A stretch of 64,000 nt of DNA from an uncultured bacterium (GTDB taxonomy: Bacteria; Chlamydiota; Chlamydiia; Chlamydiales; SM23-39): NCBI GenBank assembly GCA_963716985.1, contig OY970323.1, positions 320,001 to 384,000 of the forward strand, in the 5' to 3' direction. A program made the translations under genes and the position numbers. The notes under the pieces are model-generated. The model was not told the DNA's origin. It saw nothing but the letters and a program-made list of their open reading frames with translations, and made no database searches. Below, in pieces: positions 31,471 through 41,653 of the stretch. Each line of letters starts with the position of its first letter. Position 1 is the stretch's first letter.

Positions 31471-32952
31471 ATGTCCTACTTGAAAAAGTATTTTTCCAAA
31501 GTGTCGGAAGAAAAACGAAACTTAGCTGCCATCTCTTTTTATGCTGCCATCGATCATATCCATCAAACATCTCCGGAAGTGGCAATGAGCATCCTCAAGG
31601 AGTTAGAAGATCAGAGAAGCCATTTAAAGCTCATTGCTTCGGAAAATTTTTCTTCTCTGGCTACCCAGCTGGCAATGGGCAACCTTTTAACGGATAAGTA
31701 TAGCGAAGGATTTCCTTATCATCGATTTTATGCAGGATGCGAAAACGTCGATACGGTGGAACAACTTGCCGTTGATCTGGCCAAAGAACTCTTTCAAGCA
31801 GAACATGCCTATGTGCAGCCCCATTCGGGAGCCGACGCCAATATGGTTGCCTATTGGGCGATGCTCGTCTACAAAATCCAAAACAAATGGCTGGAAAAGA
31901 TGAATAAAAAGAGCGTTGACGAGCTCTCCTCGGAGGAGTATGAAAGCCTTCGCAAGGAAATGGTCTCACAAAAGGTCATGGGGATGTCTCTTGGCGCCGG
32001 CGGGCATTTGACCCATGGGTATCGACAGAACATTTCTTCGAAAATGATGCGCTCGGTTTCCTATGACGTCGATCCAAAAACGGGCCTTCTTGATTATGAT
32101 GCCATTGCAACGCTTGCCAAAAAGGAAAAACCGCTCATTTTGGTTGCGGGATATTCTGCCTATCCGCGCCTGATCAATTTTGCCAAGATGAGAGAGATTG
32201 CCGATAGTATCGGTGCCCTTCTCATGGTCGATATGGCCCATTTTGCCGGTCTTGTAGCAGGAAAAGTCTTCACGGGCGAATACAACCCTGTCCCTTACGC
32301 CCACGTTGTCACTTCGACGACGCATAAAACCCTTCGAGGTCCTCGAGGAGGGCTTATTCTTTGCAAGAAGGAGTTTCAAGAGGTGATCGACAAGGGATGT
32401 CCTTTGGTTTTGGGAGGGCCTCTGCCCCACGTGATTGCAGCCAAAGCCGTTGCGTTTACGGAAGCTCTTTTGCCCTCTTTTTCTACCTATAGCCGCCAGA
32501 TCGTGAAAAATGCGAAGGCTCTTGCCGAGGAGCTGAAGAAGCTGGGATGCGACGTGCTGACGGGAGGAACCGACAACCATCTTCTCTTGATCAATGTCGC
32601 TAAAAGCTTCCAGCTTACCGGACGGCAAGCCGAAACGGCCCTTCGAGGGGCAAGGCTTACGGTCAATCGAAATGTCATTTCCCATGATGCGAATGGCCCT
32701 TGGTATACTTCCGCAGTGCGCTTGGGAACGCCGGCAATCACCACGCTTGGAATGAAGGAAAAAGAGATGAAGATCATTGCCGGATGGGTGGCGGAGATTT
32801 TAAAGAACACCAAGGCCGTCTTTTCCGAAAAGGAAGGGGGGCTTTCTAGAGCTAAAGCAGAGACCGATGCCAAGGTGTGCGCAAGGGTCTATGGAGAGAT
32901 CAAGACGCTTTTAGAGCAATTTCCCTTGTACCCGGAGCTCTCTCTTGCGTAA
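31471..32952 (+). CDS. glyA: Serine hydroxymethyltransferase
   Basis: LIASEN, VQPHSG, TTHKTLRGPRGG. Confidence 0.98.
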   Translation: MSYLKKYFSKVSEEKRNLAAISFYAAIDHIHQTSPEVAMSILKELEDQRSHLKLIASENFSSLATQLAMGNLLTDKYSEGFPYHRFYAGCENVDTVEQLAVDLAKELFQAEHAYVQPHSGADANMVAYWAMLVYKIQNKWLEKMNKKSVDELSSEEYESLRKEMVSQKVMGMSLGAGGHLTHGYRQNISSKMMRSVSYDVDPKTGLLDYDAIATLAKKEKPLILVAGYSAYPRLINFAKMREIADSIGALLMVDMAHFAGLVAGKVFTGEYNPVPYAHVVTSTTHKTLRGPRGGLILCKKEFQEVIDKGCPLVLGGPLPHVIAAKAVAFTEALLPSFSTYSRQIVKNAKALAEELKKLGCDVLTGGTDNHLLLINVAKSFQLTGRQAETALRGARLTVNRNVISHDANGPWYTSAVRLGTPAITTLGMKEKEMKIIAGWVAEILKNTKAVFSEKEGGLSRAKAETDAKVCARVYGEIKTLLEQFPLYPELSLA

Positions 32953-33011
32953 AATAGTTGAAAAAATTGTTTTTTTCCATCAAATGAAAAAGGAACAGGA
33001 GAGTTAAGTCA

Positions 33012-33602
33012 ATGGAGCATGAACAGAGCAAAACAGAAAAGTTTCTGCACGATAAAATCGAACAGGTGATTTTAGACCAGCGTAGAATATTTCTTTCCGG
33101 AGCTGTCGATCAAGATTCTGCAAATGAGATCATTCGCAAGCTTTGGTATTTAGAACACCTATCTCCCGGAAAGCCCATTTTGTTCGTCATTAATTCTCCC
33201 GGCGGTTCCGTCGATTCTGGGTTTGCTATTTGGGATCAGATCCGCATGATTACCTCTCCCGTCTCTACTTTGGTGACGGGCCTTGCGGCTTCTATGGGAT
33301 CTCTCTTGAGCCTGTCGGCCAAGAAGGGAAAGCGTTTTGCCACTCCTTACGCCCGGATCATGATCCACCAACCTCTGATCGGAGGCGTGATTCAAGGACA
33401 GGCGACAGATTTGGAAATTCAGGCGAAAGAGATGCTCAAAACAAGAGATATCATCGTCAAGATTTATTCCGAATCGAGCGGGAAGAGCGAAGAAGAGGTG
33501 CGCCGAGCGATTGATCGCGACAATTGGATGACGGTGGAAGAGGCGTTGAAGTTTGGCCTTTTGGATCGGGTAGTCTCCACCTACAAAGAAATTGGTTTTT
33601 AG
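33012..33602 (+). CDS. clpP: Clp protease proteolytic subunit
   Basis: INSPGG, AASMG, MIHQP. Confidence 0.97.
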   Translation: MEHEQSKTEKFLHDKIEQVILDQRRIFLSGAVDQDSANEIIRKLWYLEHLSPGKPILFVINSPGGSVDSGFAIWDQIRMITSPVSTLVTGLAASMGSLLSLSAKKGKRFATPYARIMIHQPLIGGVIQGQATDLEIQAKEMLKTRDIIVKIYSESSGKSEEEVRRAIDRDNWMTVEEALKFGLLDRVVSTYKEIGF

Positions 33603-33743
33603 CTTTTTGCAATTTTTCATTTTTAAAAAATTTCAAATTGGTGATGCGCGTTAAATAAAAAAAGGAATAGAATAAAAGATCAATTTCGTGCTTTTGAGAA
33701 ATGTTTTGCACAACAAGCTAAATCATTTTTAGGAGGAAAAATT

Positions 33744-34886
33744 ATGGCGAAGAATGTAGCGAAAAGAAAAACCATTATCGGAGTCCCTAAGGAAATTAAG
33801 AATAACGAGTTTCGCGTGGGAGCAACTCCTTATAGCGTGAAAGCGTTTGTGGACGGCGGCCATGAAGTCTGGGTGGAAAAGAATGCCGGAGACAAGATTG
33901 GATTTTCCGATAAAATGTATGAAAGCTTTGGAGCAAAAATGGCTTCTTCTCCAAAAGAAGTTTTCCAAAAATGCGAAATGATCATCAAAGTTAAAGAGCC
34001 TTTGGAAGCCGAGTTTCCCCTCCTTCGCGAAGGGCATATTCTCTTCACCTATCTCCACTTGGCCCCCGATCCGGCACAGACCAAACAGATTTTGGCTAAA
34101 AAGATCATCGGTATTGCCTATGAGACCGTGACCGATGCAAATAATCGCCTGCCCCTTCTCATTCCGATGAGTGAAGTGGCCGGAAGAATGTCCATTCAAG
34201 TGGGCGCAACCGCCCTGCAGCTCATCAACGGAGGAAAGGGCGTTCTTCTCGGTGGCGTTGCCGGAGTGAAGCCCGGAAAAGTTCTCGTGTTTGGAGGAGG
34301 AACTGTTGGAACGGAAGCGCTTCGTGTAGCTCTCGGCGTTGGCGCCGATGTCACTGTATTTGATAAAAGCTTGTCCCGCCTTCGTCAGCTCGATGAGCTT
34401 TATGGGCCCAGGCTCAAGACGATCTATTCCACTCCTGCTGCAATCGATGAAGCGATCAGGACTGCTGATCTGCTCATCGGAGCTGTCCTTGTCCCTGGAG
34501 GAAAGGCGCCTCGATTGATCACCAAAGAAAGCCTGAAGAAGATGGAGCCCGGCACCGTCCTCGTAGACGTTGCGATCGACCAGGGAGGATTTGCAGAAAC
34601 ATCGAAAGCCACTACTCATGCCAACCCCACCTATATTGTCGACGGGATTGTCCATTATTGCGTTGCCAATATGCCCGGCGCGGTGGCAAGGACATCGACG
34701 ATCGCGCTGACGAATGCAACACTGCCCTATGCTTTGAAGTTGGCGAATTTAGGCGTGAGCCAGGCCCTTTTGGAAGACCCCGGGTTTCTCAAAGGATTGA
34801 ATGTTTTCAAAGGCAAGGTAACCAATGAGAATGTGGCTCAAGATTTGGGATATGAGTATGTCCCCCCGGAGCAGGTGCTCAGATAA
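33744..34886 (+). CDS. ald: Alanine dehydrogenase
   Basis: GVPKEIKNNEFRV, PMSEVAGR, DVAIDQGG, VANMPGAV. Confidence 0.98.
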   Translation: MAKNVAKRKTIIGVPKEIKNNEFRVGATPYSVKAFVDGGHEVWVEKNAGDKIGFSDKMYESFGAKMASSPKEVFQKCEMIIKVKEPLEAEFPLLREGHILFTYLHLAPDPAQTKQILAKKIIGIAYETVTDANNRLPLLIPMSEVAGRMSIQVGATALQLINGGKGVLLGGVAGVKPGKVLVFGGGTVGTEALRVALGVGADVTVFDKSLSRLRQLDELYGPRLKTIYSTPAAIDEAIRTADLLIGAVLVPGGKAPRLITKESLKKMEPGTVLVDVAIDQGGFAETSKATTHANPTYIVDGIVHYCVANMPGAVARTSTIALTNATLPYALKLANLGVSQALLEDPGFLKGLNVFKGKVTNENVAQDLGYEYVPPEQVLR

Positions 34887-34933
34887 ATCTATCTCTCGAG
34901 TAGGGGGCGGCGCTTTCTGAAATAAGAGGAAAT

Positions 34934-37900
34934 ATGAAGATTCCCGAGTGGATTCAGAAAGTGAGAGAAAGCTCCTCCTCCAGCAGGGGAAAAAAGGTGA
35001 AGGAAATCCTTTTTTCTCGAGGAACCTACCAAGTAGCTGTCTATGAAAAAAAGGGCCGAAAGACTTTTTGGCCCTTTTTGCGTTTGGATAGCGAAGGGAA
35101 TCTTCTCGATTTTTTCTGTACCTGTCCCGAATCGGAAAAAAAGCTGGGATGCTCTCATGTAGCGATTGCCTTTCATGCTATTTGCGATGAAAAAAAAGGC
35201 CCTCTTCACATTCGCTTCAACACCTCTTTTTGGAAAGCTTTTTGTCTTGTCGCTCAAAGAAGATGCACAGATCCGTTGAAGAAAAAGGGAGCCGTATATT
35301 CTTGCGGCAAAGAAAAAGAGCCTTTTTTTCAGATATATGTCCTCACAAAAAAGGCGAAAGAATATCTCAAGGAGCTTCTTTCCAAAAAAACAATGGAAGA
35401 GAGTTCTTGGAAGTTTTCTAATTTTTCCTCGGAAGAAATTGCGCTTTGGAAACAGAGAAATGCTTCCGAAGAGATCCTTTTTGAGCTCTCCTTCTGGTCC
35501 GATCTTGCCAAATGGTTTTTTTTTCTCCAGGAGCAGAACAAAAAATATCAGGTTTGCTTTTCCGGGAAGTTCCCGCATGTTGCGGTAGCGTCTTTCGCAG
35601 ACGGTAAGGTCCTGCTTTCGTTAAAAAAAGAAGACTGGCTCCTGCTCATACCAACGCTTTCCTCTATAGATTCTCCTTTGAAGATTCATGGGAAAGAGGA
35701 GAGTATTGAAAAGATCACCTTCGATCCCAATCTTGCCTGTTTTCAAATCGATTTTAAAGAACATAGGAAGAGAGAGGGCAAGGAGATTGAGATTGGAGAG
35801 TGGATCTATGAACCGGGGAGGGGTTTTGTTTCCAAGGACCGCCCCTTTCCCTCCTCGATCATCGAGAAAAACGAGATTGCGTTTTTTTTAGAAAAAGATC
35901 CCCATCTCTTTAAGAGATGTTTGAGCGGAACGCCCATTAAACTCGAATCCGTTGAGGCCAAATACCATCTATTTTTCGACGAAAATCTTTCTTTGCACAT
36001 TCAGCTCTATGTGTTTGAGAGCAAAGAGCTGCAGCAGCCACACGCTCAGTTCTTCCCTCCTTGGATCTACCTTCCCGATAAGGGGTTCGTCCGGTTGAAA
36101 GAGAGTTATTTCTCGGAAAAAGAGCTGATCCTTGAAAAAAAAGAGGTAGGAGACTTTGTCTCGAACCATCGGCTTTGGCTCCAAGAGATAGCGGGATTCC
36201 AAACCTATTTGACGCCGCTCTCTTCCCATCTGATCTATGACCTGCCGCCCGACGGTGATCTTCGTTTTGATCTCAAGATGGATCTTGTTGAGGAGACGGA
36301 GTTTTTTGATTTTATCGATTGGATCTACGTGCAAGGAAGAGGCTTTTATTTGAAAAAAACGCAGGCCCTCTCGATCCAGCCGGGACTTGTGGTAAAAAGA
36401 GAGGAGATCGCTTCTTTCATCCTCATGCATAAAGAAGATCTCGAAGAAGTGGCTTTTTTCTTTACCTCTTTAAACCCCATCCAAAAGATGGGGCTGAAAA
36501 TTTTTTTGAACGAAAAAGAAGAAATCTGCATCCAGCCTAAGATCGAACTTGCCGCCGGCTTTTCTTTGGCGGACCTTGCCTTTTTTGATCAATATGTCTA
36601 CATCTCCGGGAATGGATTTTTTGAGCTCCCTCCCTCGGCTAGACTTCCTGCCAAATATACGAAAGAGGTCATTATCTCTCATGAAGAGGAATCCTTCTTT
36701 TTTAGTTTTGAATGGGATGCTTTAGAACCCTTTGTCATATTGCTTGACGCAAGGCTCAAAAAGCCGGAAAAGCTTTTCTTAAAAGTGGTCCGCCTTGCCC
36801 GAGAAAAGAGAAAGAAGCGTCTGACCTATTTAGCCGACCTCTCCTATGAATCGGAAATCGGCCCATTAAGCGTCAAAGAGCTTTGGCAAGCGCTGCAAAC
36901 GGATCGCAAATATCTCTTTTCAAAAGCGGGGCTTTTAGGACTGAAACAGCCTCGGTTTCATTGGCTCTGCTCTATTAAAAAGGAGCGATTTGATCGAAGG
37001 ACGGGTTTTTTGCGTCTTTCTACCATGGAATGGCTCCGTTTGTGCATCTTTGAGAGTATCGAAGAGCCGATCGGGGAGACCGGCGAAGAGAAAAAAACGA
37101 GATCGCTGCTCGAAGAGCTTTGGAATTTTCGAAGCGACCGCCTGCTCGATATTTCCAAGCTAAGAGCAAAACTGCGCTCCTATCAAGAGACAGGGCTTCA
37201 TTGGCTCTGGTTTTTATATACGAACGGTCTTTCGGGTATATTGTGCGACGAGATGGGCCTTGGAAAAACCCACCAGGCCATGGCGTTGATTGCAGCTGCG
37301 AGTCAAGAGGGGGAAAAAAAACATTTTCTTGTCGTTTGCCCCACATCGGTGATCTACCATTGGCAAGAGCTTCTGAAGAAATTTTTGCCCTCTTTGAAAG
37401 TGATGGTCTATCATGGGATGCACCGCAACCTCGAGGGGTTTAAAGAGAATTATGATCTGCTCCTCTCCTCCTACGGCATCGTTCGATCGGATCGCAAGGA
37501 TCTCAAAAAGATCTTTTTTGAGGTTGCCATATTCGACGAAGTGCAGATTGCGAAGAATTATTTATCGAAGACCTTTCACTCCTTGAAAACGCTCTCTGCG
37601 AACATGAAGCTTGGCCTTACGGGAACTCCGATTGAAAATCGCCTGCGCGAGCTCAAGACCCTTTTTGATCTTGTATTGCCCTCTTATCTGCCCGCAGAGT
37701 CGGCTTTCCAAGAATTTTTCATCCTCCCCATCGAAAAGGAGAATGACGAAGAAAAAAAACAGCTGCTTCAAAAGCTGGTTCGGCCCTTTCTTTTGCGGCG
37801 CAAAAAAGCAGAGGTTCTGCTCGATTTGCCGGAGAAAATTGAAGAGATCTCCTATTGCGATCTGTCCGAAGAGCAGCGCAAGCTTTATCGAGAGGCTGTT

Positions 37901-38599
37901 TCCGAGTCGAAAGACGAGCTTTTCTCGGAGATCAAAGATCCGAAGAAGAGCATTTCCTACATTCACGTCTTTGCTCTTTTGACGCGGCTTAAACAGATCT
38001 GCGACCACCCTTCCCTTATTTACAAAGATCTGAAGAATTTTCATAAACATGAATCGGGCAAGTGGGATCTTTTTGTCGAGCTTTTGAACGAAGCGCGCGA
38101 GAGCAATCAGAAGGTGGTGGTCTTCTCGCAATATCTCGATATGATTGCCATCATCGAAGATTATCTCAAAAGAGAAAAAATTGGGTTTGCTTCCATCAAA
38201 GGATCGACGCGCGATCGAGCTACTGAGATGAGAAAATTTCGAGAGGATCCTTCTTGCGAGGTTTTTGTGGCCTCTCTACTTGCGGCCGGTCTTGGGATCG
38301 ATCTTTCGGCAGGATCGGTCGTGATTCATTACGACCGATGGTGGAATCCGGCAAAAGAAAATCAGGCGACCGACCGGGTCCATCGTTTGGGGCAGAACCG
38401 CGGCGTGCAGGTTTTCAAACTGGTCTCTAAACAATCCATTGAAGAGCACATCCATCAGCTCATTGAAAAGAAAAAGGGGCTGATCGAAGAGATCATTGGC
38501 AGAGATGAGAGCGATGTGATCAAATGTTTCTCCAGGGAAGATCTGATGCAGCTTTTGCAAGCAATGACGCGCGACATTGAAATCGAAAGACTCGATTAA
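34934..38599 (+). CDS. Chlamydial SWIM-SNF2 helicase
   Basis: N-terminal CTC...CSH; DEMGLGKT, DEVQ, TGTPIEN, QATDRVHRLGQ. Confidence 0.93.
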   Translation: MKIPEWIQKVRESSSSSRGKKVKEILFSRGTYQVAVYEKKGRKTFWPFLRLDSEGNLLDFFCTCPESEKKLGCSHVAIAFHAICDEKKGPLHIRFNTSFWKAFCLVAQRRCTDPLKKKGAVYSCGKEKEPFFQIYVLTKKAKEYLKELLSKKTMEESSWKFSNFSSEEIALWKQRNASEEILFELSFWSDLAKWFFFLQEQNKKYQVCFSGKFPHVAVASFADGKVLLSLKKEDWLLLIPTLSSIDSPLKIHGKEESIEKITFDPNLACFQIDFKEHRKREGKEIEIGEWIYEPGRGFVSKDRPFPSSIIEKNEIAFFLEKDPHLFKRCLSGTPIKLESVEAKYHLFFDENLSLHIQLYVFESKELQQPHAQFFPPWIYLPDKGFVRLKESYFSEKELILEKKEVGDFVSNHRLWLQEIAGFQTYLTPLSSHLIYDLPPDGDLRFDLKMDLVEETEFFDFIDWIYVQGRGFYLKKTQALSIQPGLVVKREEIASFILMHKEDLEEVAFFFTSLNPIQKMGLKIFLNEKEEICIQPKIELAAGFSLADLAFFDQYVYISGNGFFELPPSARLPAKYTKEVIISHEEESFFFSFEWDALEPFVILLDARLKKPEKLFLKVVRLAREKRKKRLTYLADLSYESEIGPLSVKELWQALQTDRKYLFSKAGLLGLKQPRFHWLCSIKKERFDRRTGFLRLSTMEWLRLCIFESIEEPIGETGEEKKTRSLLEELWNFRSDRLLDISKLRAKLRSYQETGLHWLWFLYTNGLSGILCDEMGLGKTHQAMALIAAASQEGEKKHFLVVCPTSVIYHWQELLKKFLPSLKVMVYHGMHRNLEGFKENYDLLLSSYGIVRSDRKDLKKIFFEVAIFDEVQIAKNYLSKTFHSLKTLSANMKLGLTGTPIENRLRELKTLFDLVLPSYLPAESAFQEFFILPIEKENDEEKKQLLQKLVRPFLLRRKKAEVLLDLPEKIEEISYCDLSEEQRKLYREAVSESKDELFSEIKDPKKSISYIHVFALLTRLKQICDHPSLIYKDLKNFHKHESGKWDLFVELLNEARESNQKVVVFSQYLDMIAIIEDYLKREKIGFASIKGSTRDRATEMRKFREDPSCEVFVASLLAAGLGIDLSAGSVVIHYDRWWNPAKENQATDRVHRLGQNRGVQVFKLVSKQSIEEHIHQLIEKKKGLIEEIIGRDESDVIKCFSREDLMQLLQAMTRDIEIERLD

Positions 38600-38615
38600 A
38601 AGTCACGATCTCTAT

Positions 38616-38894
38616 TCAGGATTTTTCTTCTTCACTCCACCACTCCATCAATACGGCTACGAAGATTGAACTTACTACAATCGCGGGCAAATTGGCTCCC
38701 AAGCTTCCGGCGGTGATGGTCACGAGTGTGAGAAGTTTGAAGGTTGCTGCAGCACTCAGGGCGATCATGGGGATACGAATCATAACGCGAAGAATTTTCA
38801 TTAAAGTTTCTTTAAAAGAATCTAGCCTTGATGAGTCTTTCCCCCACCAGAGAAAAGCGACGCGTGAAGGTGAAAAAACAGATAAACCAGCCAT
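38616..38894 (-). CDS. Small membrane protein, family B (distant paralog of 24691/25186)
   Basis: LSVFSPS..VAF.WG.....F.ETL.K shared with family B; RBS GGAGG. Confidence 0.75.
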   Translation of the reverse strand: MAGLSVFSPSRVAFLWWGKDSSRLDSFKETLMKILRVMIRIPMIALSAAATFKLLTLVTITAGSLGANLPAIVVSSIFVAVLMEWWSEEEKS

Positions 38895-39225
38895 GAAAAC
38901 CTCCCTATTTTCTTATTGAAGAACAAAATACTACAAAACCTTAGCATTAAATCAAAGAATCAAGGTTTACTGGCAGCAGCTCCCGCCCAAAATGAGAAAT
39001 TGTAAACACCCTTACTTCTCGTACACGACTCAAAAGTGGATAGAAAACGCTTACGAAAATTTTTAGAAGCCTTTGTCTATGAAAAAAAACCTTCAGCGGG
39101 AGCTCCTGGTTTTCTGGTTAAGGCTTCCCATAAAATCGAGAAGTGCTGCGAATCGATAATATTTGAGAAATAACCACTCTTGCTGCACAATTATTGATCA
39201 TTTTTAACCGATGAGGATCAGAATA

Positions 39226-39654
39226 ATGAGCACATTAATGGCTACAGGTATTGGAGACAACATCCAGTCAAGCGCAAAATGGGTCTTCGAAAATGCATTA
39301 TTCGGAGTAGGTGTAGCGATAGGCTCCGCTTTTCCCGCGGAGTCTCTCGCTTTGGCACCTTTGATATTGGTCGCAATTGTAGTAGGTGGTATAGCTCTAA
39401 CGATAATAGAGTCAAGTGTACAAGCCTCGAAGGCATTGACAGCAATGACAATTATGGGTGGATCAGCTTTGGCTATATTTTCGACATTCGAGGTCCTTTC
39501 GTCTGAGAAAGCAGGTGTAACTGTGCGATATCGTAATATGTGTCTCGCCGGGGCCGGAGTAGTTCTTATAGGGAGCTATTCTCTTCTTGCCTACGGTGCC
39601 TATCATATTTGGAAACTTTCACATCCTCCAAAGAAGAGCTGGTATCAGTGGTAA
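39226..39654 (+). CDS. Small multi-TM protein, family A
   Basis: Ends YGAYHIWKLSHPPKKSWYQW. Confidence 0.8.
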   Translation: MSTLMATGIGDNIQSSAKWVFENALFGVGVAIGSAFPAESLALAPLILVAIVVGGIALTIIESSVQASKALTAMTIMGGSALAIFSTFEVLSSEKAGVTVRYRNMCLAGAGVVLIGSYSLLAYGAYHIWKLSHPPKKSWYQW

Positions 39655-39803
39655 AAAAGATGTTTTTTTGCTCCTGCCTTGCCCAGGATAAAGCAAGGAA
39701 CAAGGTTCTTTGTCAGAAGCCCTTGCCTTCAGCGGGAGCTGCTGTTGAATCGATTTATTATCGGACAATACTTGATCTTTTTAACCAAAAATGGATCAAA
39801 AAA

Positions 39804-40244
39804 ATGAGTACAGCAGCAAGTGGAATCATAGGCGGAGATGTTCTGTCAAAAGAAAAATGGGTTTGCGAACTCACGGTGGCCTGTTCAGTAGGCCTAACAT
39901 TAGGAGGGGTGCCGCCTTACGTTACAGCACCTATTTGTATAGCAGCTATAATCGGAGCAGGTGTTTTTTTTCACCCAACGGTACAAAAAGCAAATAGCTT
40001 TCTAGACGCAGGAACAGCGTCTTTAATCATGGGCGGAGGGTGTTCGGCGCTACTTGCGGCAAGGTGGTTTCATTCTGGTGTGGAAAATTGTATTTCCTCA
40101 GACATTCCTAAAATATGTAGGGGATTTTATCTCGTCGTGACTGGAGTGGCCGCAATAGCAGGCGCCTTTCTTATCTGCTATGGTGTATACTATCTTTACA
40201 AATCTGTACAGCCTTCCCCAAAGAAGAGCTGGTATCAGTGGTAA
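39804..40244 (+). CDS. Small multi-TM protein, family A
   Basis: HPTVQKAN, C-x6-C (CISSDIPKIC), ends PSPKKSWYQW. Confidence 0.8.
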   Translation: MSTAASGIIGGDVLSKEKWVCELTVACSVGLTLGGVPPYVTAPICIAAIIGAGVFFHPTVQKANSFLDAGTASLIMGGGCSALLAARWFHSGVENCISSDIPKICRGFYLVVTGVAAIAGAFLICYGVYYLYKSVQPSPKKSWYQW

Positions 40245-40300
40245 AAAGGATACCTTTTTGCACCGGCGTTGCATGGTATCGTCGTTCCTAAAGACACAGG

Positions 40301-40402
40301 CTAGTGCTCTGCCATTCTTTAATTTTAGGATAAATTGACTTGAGTTTATGCCGACCGTTGCCAAACTTATAATCCTAAATTTTAACTATGACAGAGCACT
40401 AG
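40301..40402. mobile_element. Putative MITE of about 102 bp with CTAG ends
   Basis: CTAGTGCTCTGCCAT...TTTAGGAT vs ATCCTAAA...ATGACAGAGCACTAG; imperfect IR of about 31 bp. Confidence 0.7.
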
Positions 40403-40486
40403 TTCAGTAGATGGGCGAACATTACGACCCACCGGCTTCAAGATTGTGAAGAAAATGGACAAATGAATTATTAGCTGGATTAATAA

Positions 40487-40606
40487 TTTTATGACACATT
40501 TGTAGAAATTTTGTCATAAAAAGTGTCGTAATAATGTCGCAAAAATGAAGAAATGATTGCCAAAGACTCGTTTTTATGACATAATTAAGAAAAAAGCGTC
40601 GTAAAA
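40487..40606 (+). promoter_or_regulatory. Two palindromic operators upstream of fic
   Basis: TTTTATGACA-N15-TGTCATAAAA (40487-40521) and TTTTATGACA-N15-CGTCGTAAAA (40572-40606). Confidence 0.65.
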
Positions 40607-40609
40607 GCC

Positions 40610-41653
40610 ATGCCATTTCATCCAAAATTCACAATTTCTATCCCGATTGCATCTGCACTCACGGCGATTGAGCATACACGGGGGTTTCTGGAGGCAGCAA
40701 ATCTTTCGAGAGATTGGGTGTCGAAAATGCAGTCTCGTGCGCTGATTTTGGAAGCTCACCACACCACACATATAGAAGGAACTCATTTAAGCCTGGATCA
40801 GTCTGAAAGGCTGATTGCCGGTGAGGCAATATCCGGCATCGATTCTGAAGATGCAAAAGAATTGTTGAACTATAGAAAGGCTTTTGACTTCGTTGCTGAC
40901 TATATCTTTTCTCAAGGAGCTATTACCGAAGGTCTAATTAGAGAAATCCATAGACGGCTTGTAGATGGTGTACGAGGAAATAGCGCCCATCCCGGACAAT
41001 ACAGAACCATGCAAAATTATGTGGCTAATTCAAAAACCGGGGAAGTGATTTATACTCCCCCCGCCGCCTATGATGTTCCGCTCTTTATGGCCGAGTTGGT
41101 AGATTGGTTGCAGAAGGAACAAACCATCCCACCCGTCCTTGTAGCTGGGATCGCACAGTTTCAACTCGTCCATATACATCCTTTTTTGGATGGCAATGGC
41201 AGAACGGCTCGTCTATTGTCCACCTTGTGTCTTTACCGATCGGGTTATGATTTTAAGAAACTTTTTACGATCAGCGAATACTATGATCGCAATCGACAGG
41301 ACTACTACAGTGCGGTCCAATCTGTCAGAAATAACCATATGGATATGACGGTGTGGCTTGAATATTTCTCTAAGGCATTAGAGACCCAAATGCATGAAAT
41401 TCAACTCAAAGGGTCTCACGCTATGAAATTGGATGTTTTAGTGGCGCAATATAAACTTTCTAAAAGACAGAAGCAGGCATTGGAAGGTTTGCTGGAAAGA
41501 GAAGAAGATTTTACCATTCAAGACTACGAATCGCTTTGCCCCGACGTCAATAGAAGGTCTTTGCAAAGAGACATTTCCGACCTAATAGAAAAGGGAGTTG
41601 TCTCCCAAAAAGGGATCAAAAAAGCGGCTCGCTACAGACTACTAATCCGCTAG
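40610..41653 (+). CDS. Fic-domain protein (class II) with C-terminal wHTH
   Basis: [12 protein letters not shown]; inhibitory [22 protein letters not shown]. Confidence 0.93.
   Translation: MPFHPKFTISIPIASALTAIEHTRGFLEAANLSRDWVSKMQSRALILEAHHTTHIEGTHLSLDQSERLIAGEAISGIDSEDAKELLNYRKAFDFVADYIFSQGAITEGLIREIHRRLVDGVRGNSAHPGQYRTMQNYVANSKTGEVIYTPPAAYDVPLFMAELVDWLQKEQTIPPVLVAGIAQFQLVHIHPFLDGNGRTARLLSTLCLYRSGYDFKKLFTISEYYDRNRQDYYSAVQSVRNNHMDMTVWLEYFSKALETQMHEIQLKGSHAMKLDVLVAQYKLSKRQKQALEGLLEREEDFTIQDYESLCPDVNRRSLQRDISDLIEKGVVSQKGIKKAARYRLLIR

Noticed and set aside
39625..39654. KKSWYQW as a KKxx ER-retrieval signal
   Set aside because: The lysines are at -7/-6, not -3/-4
39540..39803. Upstream extension of the second A gene
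   Set aside because: Overlaps the previous gene; paralog alignment places the start at 39804
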